Part shown: positions 1 through 11,010 of the stretch, piece by piece
How positions within the stretch are numbered: position 1 is the first letter of the stretch
Layout: each line of letters opens with the position of its first letter
The notes under the pieces: generated by a model
What the model saw: only the letters and a program-made list of their open reading frames with translations
Told to the model about the DNA's origin: nothing
Database searches by the model: none
Position numbers and translations under genes: made by a program
Origin: Tubiluchus corallicola
Lineage: Eukaryota; Animalia; Priapulida
NCBI GenBank assembly: GCA_030141605.1
Contig: JAQGDQ010000216.1
Span: 162,641-226,640, forward strand
DNA length: 64,000 nt
Direction of reading: 5' to 3'

Positions 1-554
1 CCAGTTCATCATGATCTCAAGTACTCAAATATTTGCCCCTTGCAAATATCTCTGTTTTTTCTGAGGTAAAGAATAGCAATGTTACATTAAATTCAAGTTG
101 CGAGGTCTTTGTAAGGTGAAATATCTTTGGTTGGGCTGAAAATAATTCAATGTAAACTGTGGCTTACTGATGTAAGTGAGGGTTCTGAAAAAGATTTTGA
201 CAACGGTATTAATAAAAGGATGAGCTTTGTAAAGGCCTCATTATATGTGAAAATACTGATCAGAAGATTGGGTGTGTTTAATTCTTTTTTGAAAATTATT
301 TTGCGGGATAGAAATAAGAAAATAGCCTGTCTGCACATAAAATTCTTTATCTTAGCAAATAAGTTTTATTGTCATAAGGTCCTTTGTAAAACAAAAAAAT
401 GGTTAAGGCTGAAAAGTAATCCGATGAAGAACCGCAGTTTGCTGTTGTAGGAGGGGGCTTTGAAGAAAGTATTAGCAAAAGGGTGTGTTTTGCAAAGGTT
501 TCATAGTTTTAATTTTATGAGGATGGCATTGGACCAGGTAATTTTATAAATCTT

Positions 555-1601
555 GTGGATATGCAGGGCTTAATACAGCGTTTGAAAAGTATTCGAAAGC
601 AAAGCTATCTTAAGCGGAGCTTTAATAAGAAGTATGCTTTTATTGGTATAGGTAGTCACAGTATAGGCAACCTTTATCCTGTGATTAACTATTTAAGGGC
701 TGAGCTAAAATATATCGTAACCAAAAGTGCTAAAAATGCAGAAACTATTGATTGCTATTTTCCCAATACTATTGGTACTAATAGCCTCGATACTGTTTTG
801 AATGATCCTGAAATAGGAGGAATTTTTATATGTGCTAGCCCTGAATCACATTATCATTTAACTAAGAAAGTGCTTTCAGCCGGGAAAAATGTATTTGTTG
901 AAAAACCGCCTTGTATGACAGTTGAGGAGTTACATAGTTTAATAGAGGTTGAAAGCGGTTCTGATGGGATATGTATGGTGGGACTACAGAAGCGATATGC
1001 TCCCATTAACCAGGTGTTTAATAAAAAAAGCCTCTGTCCGCGTAGCTACAATTACAAATTCTTAACAGGTGCATACCCTGAGGGAAACCCTTTTATGGAT
1101 ATTTTTATTCACCCTGTAGATTTGGTAAACTTTCTGTTTGGAGGCGCAAGCATCTCTTCTGTTATAAAGAAAAAAGGCAGTGGTTCCATTACATCTTTTA
1201 TACATCTGGTACATAAAAGTGGGGTGGTTGGCTCTCTTGAACTATCGACAGCGTATTCGTGGCAAAACTGCCTGGAGGAGATCACAGTAAATACTAAAAA
1301 AGGGATATACAGGGCAGTAAATACGGAAGAGTTGACATTTGAACCAAAGTCAGGGCAGATATTGAATATCCCTACTGAAAAAATATTTGGAAGGCCAAAT
1401 AGATCTACAGCAATATTTTCGAAAAACAGGTTTAACCCGATTATTGAAAATAACAGAGTATACAGCTCTGGATACTTTTCTGAAATTAAAAGCTTTATAG
1501 ATATTTGTGAAAGTTCTGGGACGGTTAACTATTCTTCGCTATCATCGTGTGTAAATACATACAATACGTTGTTAGCAATAGAAAATGAAGATTATGTATA
1601 G
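555..1601 (+). CDS. Gfo/Idh/MocA family NAD(P)-dependent oxidoreductase
   Basis: Rossmann motif FIGIGSHS, family motifs H..LTKKVLSAGKNVFVEKPP and VGLQKRYAP, and DIFIHPVD. The start may be the ATG at 561. Confidence 0.85.
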   Translation: MDMQGLIQRLKSIRKQSYLKRSFNKKYAFIGIGSHSIGNLYPVINYLRAELKYIVTKSAKNAETIDCYFPNTIGTNSLDTVLNDPEIGGIFICASPESHYHLTKKVLSAGKNVFVEKPPCMTVEELHSLIEVESGSDGICMVGLQKRYAPINQVFNKKSLCPRSYNYKFLTGAYPEGNPFMDIFIHPVDLVNFLFGGASISSVIKKKGSGSITSFIHLVHKSGVVGSLELSTAYSWQNCLEEITVNTKKGIYRAVNTEELTFEPKSGQILNIPTEKIFGRPNRSTAIFSKNRFNPIIENNRVYSSGYFSEIKSFIDICESSGTVNYSSLSSCVNTYNTLLAIENEDYV

Positions 1602-2814
1602 TGGTGCTGACTACCTTACCAGGGGCTTAAGATTTGTAAACAACATAGCCTTTCCCCATCGTAAAAAAATATCGTCCTTGATGATTTACGCATCCGAACT
1701 TTGTGATTCGGCTTGCAAGCACTGTCTGATATGGACAAAGCGCCCTGCAAAACATATCCCATATGAAAAGATTGTGGAGGTTATGCAGAGCAGGTGTGTG
1801 GGCAAAAGCACCACTGTGGGGCTGGAGGGGGGAGAGTTCTTGCTGCATCCGGAGGCTGGCAAAATACTGAAATGGTTTTCAAAAAACCATCCTCGATTTG
1901 ATATCCTATCAAACTGTCTGGCAGCAGATAATGTGATAGGGGCTGTAAAGAGATATCCTCCCATGCGCCTGTACCTCTCTTTGGATGGGAATAGAGACAC
2001 ATATAAATATATGAGGGGGAAAGATGGTTATGATAGCGTGTTGAAAGTGATAGAGGAGTGCAAGGACACTGTTCCTGTCTCTGTAATGTTCACACTCTCC
2101 CCCTATAACGACTTTGATGATCTTGCTCATGTGGCAGAAATATGTAAGCACTACGGAGTAGATATAAGGGTAGGAATCTATAACGATATTGATCTTTTTG
2201 ATACTGTTGATAAAGCACATGAAACTAGAATTGGTGACTTAAAAACCACCACTCGACTAAACTATAAAGAGGCAAAGACAAAGTTAAAAAAGAAGGCAGA
2301 GGAAAGACAATCAGCTTTTGACGAATTTCTATGTTGTGCAAAAGAGTCTTCCGGTAATGGAGAAGAGCCTGGTCAGTGTTTAAGCTTTCAGAAGCTTATT
2401 CCCAAGTCAATCAGAGATACCAGTGAAAACTTTGACTTTCTGTTACTATATGATGAGTGGCGAAAAAAACATATTAGCCTGAGGTGCTACAGTATACTGG
2501 ATAGCCTTGTTATTCATCCTGATGGAGCTATTCCCATTTGTCAGAACCTGGGAGTGAAGCTTGGAAATATATTTGATAATACTTTGGATGAAATTTTCAA
2601 CTCCGCCAACTCGCATAAAATGCAGAGTCAACATGTCAAAAACTGCAATAAGTGCTGGATAAATTTCCACAGGAAATACGATATAGTTATGTTGAGAACA
2701 CTTGAAAAGTTCCTCCCCAAAAAAGTAATCGAGTTTGTTTACGGAGAGTATCACTGGAGTAGTGACAAAAAAATGAGCTATAAAAATTATATGAAAAGTC
2801 ACGACTGCAAATAG
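1585..2814 (+). CDS. Radical SAM protein with C-terminal SPASM/twitch domain
   Basis: CDSACKHC (CxxxCxxC), EGGEFLL and LSLDG motifs. C-terminal CYSILDSLVIHPDGAIPIC...GNIFDNTLDEIF...CNKC. Overlaps the upstream stop; the start may be 1594. Confidence 0.88.
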   Translation: MKIMYSGADYLTRGLRFVNNIAFPHRKKISSLMIYASELCDSACKHCLIWTKRPAKHIPYEKIVEVMQSRCVGKSTTVGLEGGEFLLHPEAGKILKWFSKNHPRFDILSNCLAADNVIGAVKRYPPMRLYLSLDGNRDTYKYMRGKDGYDSVLKVIEECKDTVPVSVMFTLSPYNDFDDLAHVAEICKHYGVDIRVGIYNDIDLFDTVDKAHETRIGDLKTTTRLNYKEAKTKLKKKAEERQSAFDEFLCCAKESSGNGEEPGQCLSFQKLIPKSIRDTSENFDFLLLYDEWRKKHISLRCYSILDSLVIHPDGAIPICQNLGVKLGNIFDNTLDEIFNSANSHKMQSQHVKNCNKCWINFHRKYDIVMLRTLEKFLPKKVIEFVYGEYHWSSDKKMSYKNYMKSHDCK

Positions 2815-2964
2815 AGAGACTGTTTTAGACTTTTGTAAGGAGAAGTATTTGGTTCAGGCTGAGGAAAAATTAGATAAAAATGTAGTATTACAGCGTAAAT
2901 TAGGATGTTGAAGAAAAGGATTTTGACAAAAATAGTAGTAGAAAAGTGAGCTTTACGAAAGGTA

Positions 2965-4077
2965 TCATACTGATATATAGCGGTCACGTGCTATTATTTT
3001 CCAATTTTTAGTTATTTGTCCTGATTCTGCAATCAAAGCTTCGCTGTAGAGTGCGCTGGTGGGGCAAATGTGGAATGGTACTCCATAAAAAATACTTCCC
3101 ACTTCATATACTGAACTGTCAGGTACCTTTACCACAAGGTGCTCTTCACTTTGCCTCACTGGTATGGCATCAGGATTGTTTAAGAACACTACTCTGGGTA
3201 ACGGAGTTTCTGCCGCAATAGCTTTATGTCCTAAGTCAAGACATAAATGATTTCCATTGATAATTGATACCACCCGTGCCACCACTAATGCAGCGTAAAC
3301 AAATCCGGATTCCCTATACTTATTACCGTATCTGTAATCCCACAGTACAGTAGTGCCGGGACTACATATTGCATCGGGACTACATATGTGAACAGGAAAT
3401 GTTGGTGAGCCACCAGCCACAAGCTCCACGTCACGCCCGAGACTGTTTTTGGTATGCTCTTTAAGTGAATACACCTCTTTAAAAGCATTATTGCATGCTT
3501 TTGTGCGCTCTTTAAGCGAAGGCATGTTTATATGTCCGTCATACGCATGAAGCCCTTTTATGGCTATCCCTGGCAGTTCATTACACTTGCAAATAAGCGA
3601 ACGTGCCTCACTCCCGGGTTTAATCCCACTTCTGTCCATGCCTACATTCAGGTCGATATAAACCTCTATTGCTCTCCCTGCCTCATAAAAAAGGTAGGAG
3701 AGGAGCTTCGCTGTTTTAAGGTTGTCTGTAAGCGTTGTAAACTTTGTCCCGGGGTATTTCAGAGATAACTGCAAAAGGCGGGACACTTTGGTATCTGTAG
3801 GCTGAAATGCAATAAAGGCCTCATTTGCACCTGACATCCCTACCATCTCTGCTTCTGCTATGGTAGCGCATTTAAATCTCTTTATCCCCTCTTCAATTTG
3901 CAGCTCTACAATCTCCTTAATCTTATGGCTTTTAACGTGGGGCATAAGCTTGTGAGGACCCTCTGCGAGGCTAATCATACGGCGTATATTCTTGACAACG
4001 GCTCTCCTATATATAACTAACGAGGGGGTATCAATACTTACTTCATTGCTTAGCTTATACTTGCTTTCAAATGACAT
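2965..4077 (-). CDS. D-threonine aldolase/DSD1-like PLP-dependent enzyme (alanine racemase fold)
   Basis: DTPSLVI, PHVKSHK (PLP lysine), KCATIAEAE, GLHAYDGH, QSEEHL and PFHICPT motifs. Confidence 0.85.
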   Translation of the reverse strand: MSFESKYKLSNEVSIDTPSLVIYRRAVVKNIRRMISLAEGPHKLMPHVKSHKIKEIVELQIEEGIKRFKCATIAEAEMVGMSGANEAFIAFQPTDTKVSRLLQLSLKYPGTKFTTLTDNLKTAKLLSYLFYEAGRAIEVYIDLNVGMDRSGIKPGSEARSLICKCNELPGIAIKGLHAYDGHINMPSLKERTKACNNAFKEVYSLKEHTKNSLGRDVELVAGGSPTFPVHICSPDAICSPGTTVLWDYRYGNKYRESGFVYAALVVARVVSIINGNHLCLDLGHKAIAAETPLPRVVFLNNPDAIPVRQSEEHLVVKVPDSSVYEVGSIFYGVPFHICPTSALYSEALIAESGQITKNWKIIARDRYISV

Positions 4078-4089
4078 TTATACACGTTC

Positions 4090-4914
4090 CTATGGGTGGC
4101 TTATAATATTAGGTCTGGGGGATTGTTTTACGTCAATATTTTTTATTATGCTACCTGTAGCTCCGCATGGGCCTTCAACCGTTGCCTCAATAATTCCATC
4201 ACTAATCCAGTCTACCTCAATATAGTTGAACCCATCGCCTCCATTAATAATATTGGCATTGGTAGCCCTCCAGCTATAGCTTTCATAGGTGCCCTCTAGT
4301 TCATATCTGACAGTCTCTCCAACACAAGCCTCTGATTGAGATGTAATAAGCTTGGGTGAAAGAGAAGGTGGAGTACCCACAACTTTTATGTTGTCAAGCC
4401 TTGCCCACTGTGAAGATGATGGCCAGGCTTCTTTCCACTTTGTAGATAGCATGCAAACTATCTTAATACTAAGAACCGAACCTTCAGGAAGAACAGGGGA
4501 AACTATCAGCTCGCTACCCCAAGGGGGCTTTAATTTCCTATACATAACATACTTTCTCCCGTCAACAGAGTAGTAAAATTTGATTTTGCTGGAGTTCCTG
4601 TCAAACAGTCTATTCATATATGCATTTAAACTTATGGAGACATCAGAGTGGCATGAGATATCAATATCTTCACTTATCCATGTACTATTTTGAACATGCC
4701 GCCTGTACTTTTTTTTGACAATTACCTTACCAATAACATGCAGTTCTCCTGAGTAGACGACCATTGTGCCACTTTTGGTACTAATTCCGGGCGGAACATC
4801 GCCATCATTGTAGCTATTAAAGTTCTCTTCCCATATATCAGTTTGTTGCCCAAATAGATAATGTGTGGAGAGAAGTAGTGTTAATAGCAATAAAGCTCTG
4901 AGTGAATATTTCAT
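4090..4914 (-). CDS. Hypothetical secreted protein with C-terminal PKD/Ig-like module
   Basis: N-terminal signal peptide (MKYSLRALLLLTLLLSTHYLFGQ). C-terminal YSWRATNANIINGGDG..IEVDW..G pattern typical of PKD-like beta-sandwiches. Confidence 0.6.
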   Translation of the reverse strand: MKYSLRALLLLTLLLSTHYLFGQQTDIWEENFNSYNDGDVPPGISTKSGTMVVYSGELHVIGKVIVKKKYRRHVQNSTWISEDIDISCHSDVSISLNAYMNRLFDRNSSKIKFYYSVDGRKYVMYRKLKPPWGSELIVSPVLPEGSVLSIKIVCMLSTKWKEAWPSSSQWARLDNIKVVGTPPSLSPKLITSQSEACVGETVRYELEGTYESYSWRATNANIINGGDGFNYIEVDWISDGIIEATVEGPCGATGSIIKNIDVKQSPRPNIISHP

Positions 4915-5306
4915 ATCAATAGTAAAGCTTAGGTTTTTTTATCTTTGGTTTTGTTATTTTGTTCTACATGTTGATGTTTACTTAAAACGCTTATCTCCCC
5001 TTACTTGTTGTAGGTTTGTAGTAAATTATTTGCAACTTTATACATAAATAGGTGCTTTTATCACTTGGAGTCACTATCTTTTCGAACTCCATTTTTGCCA
5101 AAACTTCTTTTCAGTACCCTCGCTTATGCCTGTACACTGTGATTTTTGTTAAGTTTTTTCAATACGAGCCAGAGTTTTTCTTTGTAATTGTCTATGATGG
5201 GTGACTTAATCTCAGTCTTTTATAAATCAAATTTTTATATCATTTCCGAAAAAGCTATTTTCGCAGAGTTTTGGAGATATATAATTTTAAGTAAAAAAGA
5301 CGGACG

Positions 5307-6839
5307 ATGGCATATGTAAAAAAAGCGCTGCTGATGATACTTGATGGCTGGGGTATTGGCAATAAAGGGGTTTCGGATGTTATTTCGAGTACACCTACTC
5401 CTTTTATGGATCATTTATGGAAAAATTATCCCCACAGCCAATTGCTCACTTCTGGTGAAAATGTAGGGTTACCTGACGGACAGATGGGGAACTCGGAGGT
5501 GGGGCATTTGAATATTGGTGCGGGAAGAGTTGTTTATCAAGATCTTGTGAGAATAAATAAAGCTATACAGGATAAATCACTTTGGGACAATACGCAAATA
5601 CTGAAAGCGTGCAACTATGCTAAAAAGAGTAATAAGCAAGTACACTTGATAGGGCTGGTGGGCGATGGGGGAGTACATGCCCTGAGCTTTCACATGCACG
5701 CCTTGGCAAAAGTAGCTACTGATATGGGGCTGGAAAGGGTGTTTGTTCATGGGCTTACTGACGGAAGAGATACAGATCCGCGTTCAGGGTATGATTTTGT
5801 AAAGAAGGATATAGAGGCATTAAAACAGACAAATGCGAGAATTGCTTCAATAGTAGGGCGTTATTATGGAATGGATAGGGACAACAACTGGAACAGGATA
5901 AAGCTCGCCTACGATCTCTACACTAAAGGAAAAGGAAAGAAGACAGAAAGTTTATTAGATGCAATTGAGGAGTCGTATAATGAAGGTGTAACAGATGAGT
6001 TTATAAAACCGATAGTTGTAACGAATAGTTTGGGGGAGCCGCTGACGACAATAAAAGAGGGAGATGTGGTAATATGCTTTAACTATCGCACTGACCGTTT
6101 ACGTCAGATGACAATTGCATTTACGCAGGAAGAGCACCATGAGGAGAATATGCATACTATGCCTTTGGAGTGGTATACAATGACTTGCTATAATGCAAAT
6201 TTTAAAGGTGTAGGTGCTATTTTTGATAAGGAAAATGTAGCAAATACGATAGGAGAAGTAGTTTCCAAGGCAGGGTTAAATCAGATACGTATTGCCGAGA
6301 CGGAAAAATTTGCTCATGTTACTTTTTTCTTCTCAGGGGGGCGTGAAGCTGAATTTAAAGGGGAAAAAAGAATTCTTATCCCATCTCCTAAGGTTGCGAC
6401 TTATGATCTAAAGCCGGAAATGTCGGCGCCTGAAGTAAAAGAGGCTGTTATTACTGAGCTAAATGCTAATTCGGCTGAATTTATATGCCTGAATTTTGCA
6501 AATGGGGATATGGTTGGGCATACCGGAATCTACTCCGCAATTGAGGCTGCTGTAAAAGTTATTGACCGGTGTGTTAAGGATGTTGTTGAGGCAGCCCGTG
6601 CCAACGATTATGATGTGATAATTATTGCTGATCATGGTAATGCTGATAATGCTGTGAATCCTGATGGTAGCGAAAATACAGCCCATTCGCTAAATCCTGT
6701 ACCGTTCATATGGGTAGCCGATAATAGGGAACAGCGGGTTAGCAACGGTATTTTGGCAGATGTTGCTCCAACTCTATTGTCTATAATGGGGCTTGAAATT
6801 CCCAAAGAGATGAAAGGGAAAATACTTATTAATAATTAA
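5307..6839 (+). CDS. gpmI: 2,3-bisphosphoglycerate-independent phosphoglycerate mutase
   Basis: [50 protein letters not shown] and NGDMVGHTG motifs. Confidence 0.97.
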   Translation: MAYVKKALLMILDGWGIGNKGVSDVISSTPTPFMDHLWKNYPHSQLLTSGENVGLPDGQMGNSEVGHLNIGAGRVVYQDLVRINKAIQDKSLWDNTQILKACNYAKKSNKQVHLIGLVGDGGVHALSFHMHALAKVATDMGLERVFVHGLTDGRDTDPRSGYDFVKKDIEALKQTNARIASIVGRYYGMDRDNNWNRIKLAYDLYTKGKGKKTESLLDAIEESYNEGVTDEFIKPIVVTNSLGEPLTTIKEGDVVICFNYRTDRLRQMTIAFTQEEHHEENMHTMPLEWYTMTCYNANFKGVGAIFDKENVANTIGEVVSKAGLNQIRIAETEKFAHVTFFFSGGREAEFKGEKRILIPSPKVATYDLKPEMSAPEVKEAVITELNANSAEFICLNFANGDMVGHTGIYSAIEAAVKVIDRCVKDVVEAARANDYDVIIIADHGNADNAVNPDGSENTAHSLNPVPFIWVADNREQRVSNGILADVAPTLLSIMGLEIPKEMKGKILINN

Positions 6840-6871
6840 AGAGTTCCCGGACGGATATTTAGAGTGAACAG

Positions 6872-7447
6872 GTGTTAGAGATAGGCAAAACATTGTTGAG
6901 CATAGATATTCTGGAGAAGGAATTCTGTTGTACTCTTTTTGATTGTAAAGGAGTGTGTTGTGTAGAGGGCGACTCTGGAGCGCCCATAACCGAAGAGGAG
7001 GCTGGCATTATTGAAAAGATATTTCCTGCTATAGTGCCATATCTTTCTGAGCAGAATCGTGAAGAGATATCTAATCAGGGATTTTCGCTGACAGATAGTG
7101 ATGGAGATTTGGTGACCCCTACAATTGGGGGCAAAGATTGCGTATACTCTTTTAGAGATGAAAGAGGGGTTACGAGATGTGCTATAGAAAAAGCATTTGT
7201 CGAGGGGGAAACGGAGTTTATAAAGCCAGTGTCATGTCATTTATTCCCGATAAGAATAACTGAATATAAAAGTTTTGACGCTGTTAACTATCAACAGTTG
7301 GATATATGTAAGCCTGGACGTATTTGTGGACAGAAAAAGGGAGTGCAGCTGTGGAAGTTCTTAAAAGAGCCACTTATACGCAAGTATGGTAAAGAGTGGT
7401 ATTGTGAATTGAAAAAAGCTGCAATGCTTTATAATAAGAGGGATTAG
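6872..7447 (+). CDS. DUF3109 family Cys-rich protein
   Basis: CKGVCCVEGDSGAP, CAIEKA and KPVSCHLFPIR patterns. Confidence 0.8.
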   Translation: MLEIGKTLLSIDILEKEFCCTLFDCKGVCCVEGDSGAPITEEEAGIIEKIFPAIVPYLSEQNREEISNQGFSLTDSDGDLVTPTIGGKDCVYSFRDERGVTRCAIEKAFVEGETEFIKPVSCHLFPIRITEYKSFDAVNYQQLDICKPGRICGQKKGVQLWKFLKEPLIRKYGKEWYCELKKAAMLYNKRD

Positions 7448-7767
7448 CAAAGCTTGTACTTGTTCGAGCAAAAGGAACACCAAGCCGTGCTTTACAAGTC
7501 AACCATAGGAACATAGTCTTATAGTTGGATGCCCCCGACGATTTAATCAATGGGTTTGAAATTTATTTTTAATTTGCATCTGATTTTAAGTACTTGCAAG
7601 TTTTGAGTCAGATTAAGGAAAAACTTGATGAAAAATCGCAATCTATTGATGCAAGTAAAGATTTTGAAAAGAGGTTTGATAAAAATGTTAATAAAAAGAT
7701 AGGCTTTGCAAACGCCTCGATTTATAATAAACAGTTTGGAGGTAGAACTTACTATACATAATTTGTA

Positions 7768-8394
7768 ATGAAATTTTCGCTAAACAAAAAAGGTAATAAA
7801 GGGTACAGTAAAATAGAGCATTATGATAGTGACAGCACAACAGAGCTCGCTTCCAGATATAAAGACATATTGGGATTGATAGGAGAAGATACTGACCGGG
7901 AGGGGTTAAAGCAGACGCCACTTCGTGCGGCTAAAGCTATTCAATTTCTCACACAGGGGTACAGTATGGAGCCTGATGAGATATTGAGATCGGCCAAGTT
8001 TAAGGAAGAGTGCAGTCAGATGGTTATTATTAAAGATATTGAGTTGTTCTCTATGTGCGAACACCATATGCTTCCATTTTTTGGGAAGGTACACGTTGCA
8101 TATATTTCCAACGGGTATATAACGGGGCTGAGCAAGATTGCACGTATAGTGGAGGCTTATTCTCGCCGGTTACAGGTGCAGGAGAGGCTTACAACACAGA
8201 TAAAAGAGTGTGTTGTACGTGCTCTGAGTCCACTTGGTGTAGCGGTTATTATCGAAGCTAAGCACATGTGTATGACAATGAGAGGGGTGGAAAAGCAAAA
8301 TTCTGTAACCACAACTTCTGATTTTACAGGAGCTTTTGAAAAAAAAGCTACTCGTGAGGAGTTTATACGTCTTACGAGCTCGAGCCTTTTATAA
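7768..8394 (+). CDS. folE: GTP cyclohydrolase I
   Basis: [31 protein letters not shown] and [11 protein letters not shown] motifs. Confidence 0.97.
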   Translation: MKFSLNKKGNKGYSKIEHYDSDSTTELASRYKDILGLIGEDTDREGLKQTPLRAAKAIQFLTQGYSMEPDEILRSAKFKEECSQMVIIKDIELFSMCEHHMLPFFGKVHVAYISNGYITGLSKIARIVEAYSRRLQVQERLTTQIKECVVRALSPLGVAVIIEAKHMCMTMRGVEKQNSVTTTSDFTGAFEKKATREEFIRLTSSSLL

Positions 8395-8653
8395 GGGCAT
8401 TGTTCTGTATTCCATATTTCTTTGAGGTTACATTATGAGATCTTTGCAAAACCTATTTTTTGTTGTTTTCATCAAAACTTTCATTATATGCCAGCAAGCT
8501 GCGGTTACTCATCGATTTTTTCTTAACCGAACTAAACCAAAATATTTTGCCTTGCGAAGGGCTTATTATTTAAATGAAATAGATTAGGGAAGTATTTCTA
8601 TTTGGAAGATAATACCTACTTTTAATGTTTCCTTTTAATAAGAGTTTTGCAAT

Positions 8654-9682
8654 ATGAATAAACAGGTTTTGGTTACAGGAGGAACGGGTTATATTGGTTC
8701 ACATACTGTTGTAGAGCTACAGGAGTCAGGTTTTAACGTTATTATTATTGATGACCTGTCCAACTCGACTGCGGAGGTTGTAGATAATATTGAAAAGATA
8801 ACAGGTATACGACCTGTTTTTGAGCAGTTTAATCTTCAGGATACCGCTAGGTTGAACAATTTTTTTAAACGTTATGACCGTATTGATACCGTCATACATT
8901 TTGCAGCCAGCAAAGCGGTAGAAGAGTCGATAGATAAACCATTATTGTATTATCGTAATAATATTGTTTCCCTTATAAACTTGATGGATTGCATATCTGC
9001 CTATGATGTGCCTAATATGGTATTCTCTTCCTCGTGTACCGTTTATGGTCAGCCTGAGCAACTGCCTGTTGATGAGTGTACTCCGCGTAAGGAGGCAGAG
9101 TCTCCTTATGGAAATACTAAAGCAATATGCGAAGATGTTATTAGGGATGCGGTGAGGGCAAATAGTAGAGTGGGGGCTGTGTCTCTACGTTATTTCAACC
9201 CCATAGGTGCTCATCCTTCTGCTTTGATAGGCGAATTGCCACGGGGAGTTCCTAGCAACCTTGTCCCTTTTATTATGCAGTCGGCATCAGGTGTGAGGGG
9301 ACGGCTGAGTGTTTTTGGGGACGATTACAAGACACCGGATGGTAGCTGTATACGTGATTTTATAAATGTTGTTGACCTTGCCAAGGCACATGTGGCAGCT
9401 ATTGGTTATCTGCAAAAACAGACTGATAGAGAGAGGTATGAGCCTTTTAATGTGGGTACAGGCAGCGGAGTTTCTGTGTTGGAGTTGGTAAATAGGTTTG
9501 AAGAGGTATCAGGTATTAAGTTGGATTATAAGGTTGTGGGAAGACGTGCTGGAGATATTGAAAAGATATTTGCAGATACACGGAGAGCAAATGAGGTATT
9601 AGGCTGGAAAGCAGATACTCCATTGGAAGAGACCTTGTTGTCTGCGTGGGCATGGGAAAAAAATATCAGAAATATAAAATAA
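8654..9682 (+). CDS. galE: UDP-glucose 4-epimerase
   Basis: VTGGTGYIGSHT, YGNTK, LRYFNPIGAH and DGSCIRDFINVVDLAKAH motifs. Confidence 0.95.
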   Translation: MNKQVLVTGGTGYIGSHTVVELQESGFNVIIIDDLSNSTAEVVDNIEKITGIRPVFEQFNLQDTARLNNFFKRYDRIDTVIHFAASKAVEESIDKPLLYYRNNIVSLINLMDCISAYDVPNMVFSSSCTVYGQPEQLPVDECTPRKEAESPYGNTKAICEDVIRDAVRANSRVGAVSLRYFNPIGAHPSALIGELPRGVPSNLVPFIMQSASGVRGRLSVFGDDYKTPDGSCIRDFINVVDLAKAHVAAIGYLQKQTDRERYEPFNVGTGSGVSVLELVNRFEEVSGIKLDYKVVGRRAGDIEKIFADTRRANEVLGWKADTPLEETLLSAWAWEKNIRNIK

Positions 9683-9689
9683 AGAGCGT

Positions 9690-10745
9690 GTGAAAAAAAG
9701 CATTTTAATCACAGGAGGAGCCGGTTTTATTGGGTGTCATGTGGTGAGTCGGTTTGTCCCTTTGTACCCTGACTATAAAATTGTAAATCTTGACGCTCTT
9801 ACGTATGCTGGGAATCTTGAAAACTTGAAAGGAGTTGAGGGGGAGAGCAACTATATTTTCGCAAAAGGAGATGTTACAGATAGTGGCTTCATTGATACTC
9901 TTTTTGGGCAACATAAGTTTGATGCAGTGATTCATCTTGCTGCTGAGTCACATGTAGACAGGTCGATGATAGACCCGATGGCTTTTGTAATGACAAATAT
10001 CGTTGGTACTGTAACCCTGCTGAATGCAGCGCGTAAGCACTGGGGAGGTAGCTACGAAAATAAGGTGTTTTATCATGTCTCTACTGACGAGGTGTATGGT
10101 TCTTTAGGAGAGACGGGACTTTTTACCGAAAATACGGCATATGATCCCAAAAGCCCTTATTCCGCATCGAAAGCAAGCTCCGATCACCTGGTAAGGGCGT
10201 ACCATAACACTTACGGACTACCTATTGTAATATCAAATTGTTCAAATAATTATGGTCCTAATCAATTTCCTGAGAAACTTATCCCCCTTGTGATAAATAA
10301 TATGGTTAGCAATGTGGATATTCCTGTTTATGGAAATGGAGAGAATGTCAGGGACTGGTTGTATGTTAAAGATCACGCATCCGCAATAGACACAATTTTT
10401 CACAATGGGGTTATTGGTGAAACCTACAATATAGGGGGAGATAGTGAATGGACAAATATTGCACTTGTCAGAAAGTTGTGTGAGATTATGGATCGGAAAA
10501 TGGACAAGGAGGATGGAACATTTGCGAAGCTTATCACTTTTGTAAAAGATCGTGCGGGGCATGACCTTCGCTATGCTATCGATTCTTCTAAGCTGAAAGA
10601 TGAGCTTGGCTGGAAACCATCTTTAAGGTTTGAAGAGGGAATTGAGAAGACTGTAGATTGGTACCTCTCCAATCGGGAGTGGATGAGCAATGTTGTGTCG
10701 GGAGAGTATGTAAGATACTATGATCAGCAGTATAAAAAGCGATAA
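9690..10745 (+). CDS. rfbB: dTDP-glucose 4,6-dehydratase
   Basis: ITGGAGFIG, LAAESHVDRS, HVSTDEVYG, SPYSASKA and NCSNNYGPNQFPEKLIP motifs. Confidence 0.95.
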   Translation: MKKSILITGGAGFIGCHVVSRFVPLYPDYKIVNLDALTYAGNLENLKGVEGESNYIFAKGDVTDSGFIDTLFGQHKFDAVIHLAAESHVDRSMIDPMAFVMTNIVGTVTLLNAARKHWGGSYENKVFYHVSTDEVYGSLGETGLFTENTAYDPKSPYSASKASSDHLVRAYHNTYGLPIVISNCSNNYGPNQFPEKLIPLVINNMVSNVDIPVYGNGENVRDWLYVKDHASAIDTIFHNGVIGETYNIGGDSEWTNIALVRKLCEIMDRKMDKEDGTFAKLITFVKDRAGHDLRYAIDSSKLKDELGWKPSLRFEEGIEKTVDWYLSNREWMSNVVSGEYVRYYDQQYKKR

Positions 10746-10938
10746 CAACATATAACTTTTTTCTTGTCAGGAAATCCTCTCAAAGCTTTCATTTACGTAA
10801 GGGAACTGGGTCTTATCATCGAACTTTCCTTAATCTGAGTAAAGCTTTTTGTTTTGCAAATGTATAGTTTTGTGAAGGTGTAAGGATCTGGTTTTCATCT
10901 TATACCAAGGCCTGTTTTCATTTTATCTTTTACAGTCT

Positions 10939-10980
10939 AAAAAAGGAGAGAAGTTACCGTTAATACGGTAGTTCTTTTTT
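10939..10980. terminator. Probable bidirectional intrinsic terminator between convergent rfbB and holB
   Basis: Stem TACCGT-taat-ACGGTA (10955-10970) with an extension, flanked by an A-run on the left and a T-run on the right. Confidence 0.55.
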
Positions 10981-11010
10981 ACTCACAGATTTTTTATCTG
11001 AATATTGCAT

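Noticed and set aside
127-450. 107-aa ORF and its antisense 63-aa ORF
   Set aside because: No recognisable motif, low-complexity K/L/I composition, and it lies in the probable promoter region of the 555 gene
7448-7767. Possible folate or queuosine-related riboswitch upstream of folE
   Set aside because: Only an imperfect hairpin near 7500-7527; no conserved aptamer sequence that I can recognise
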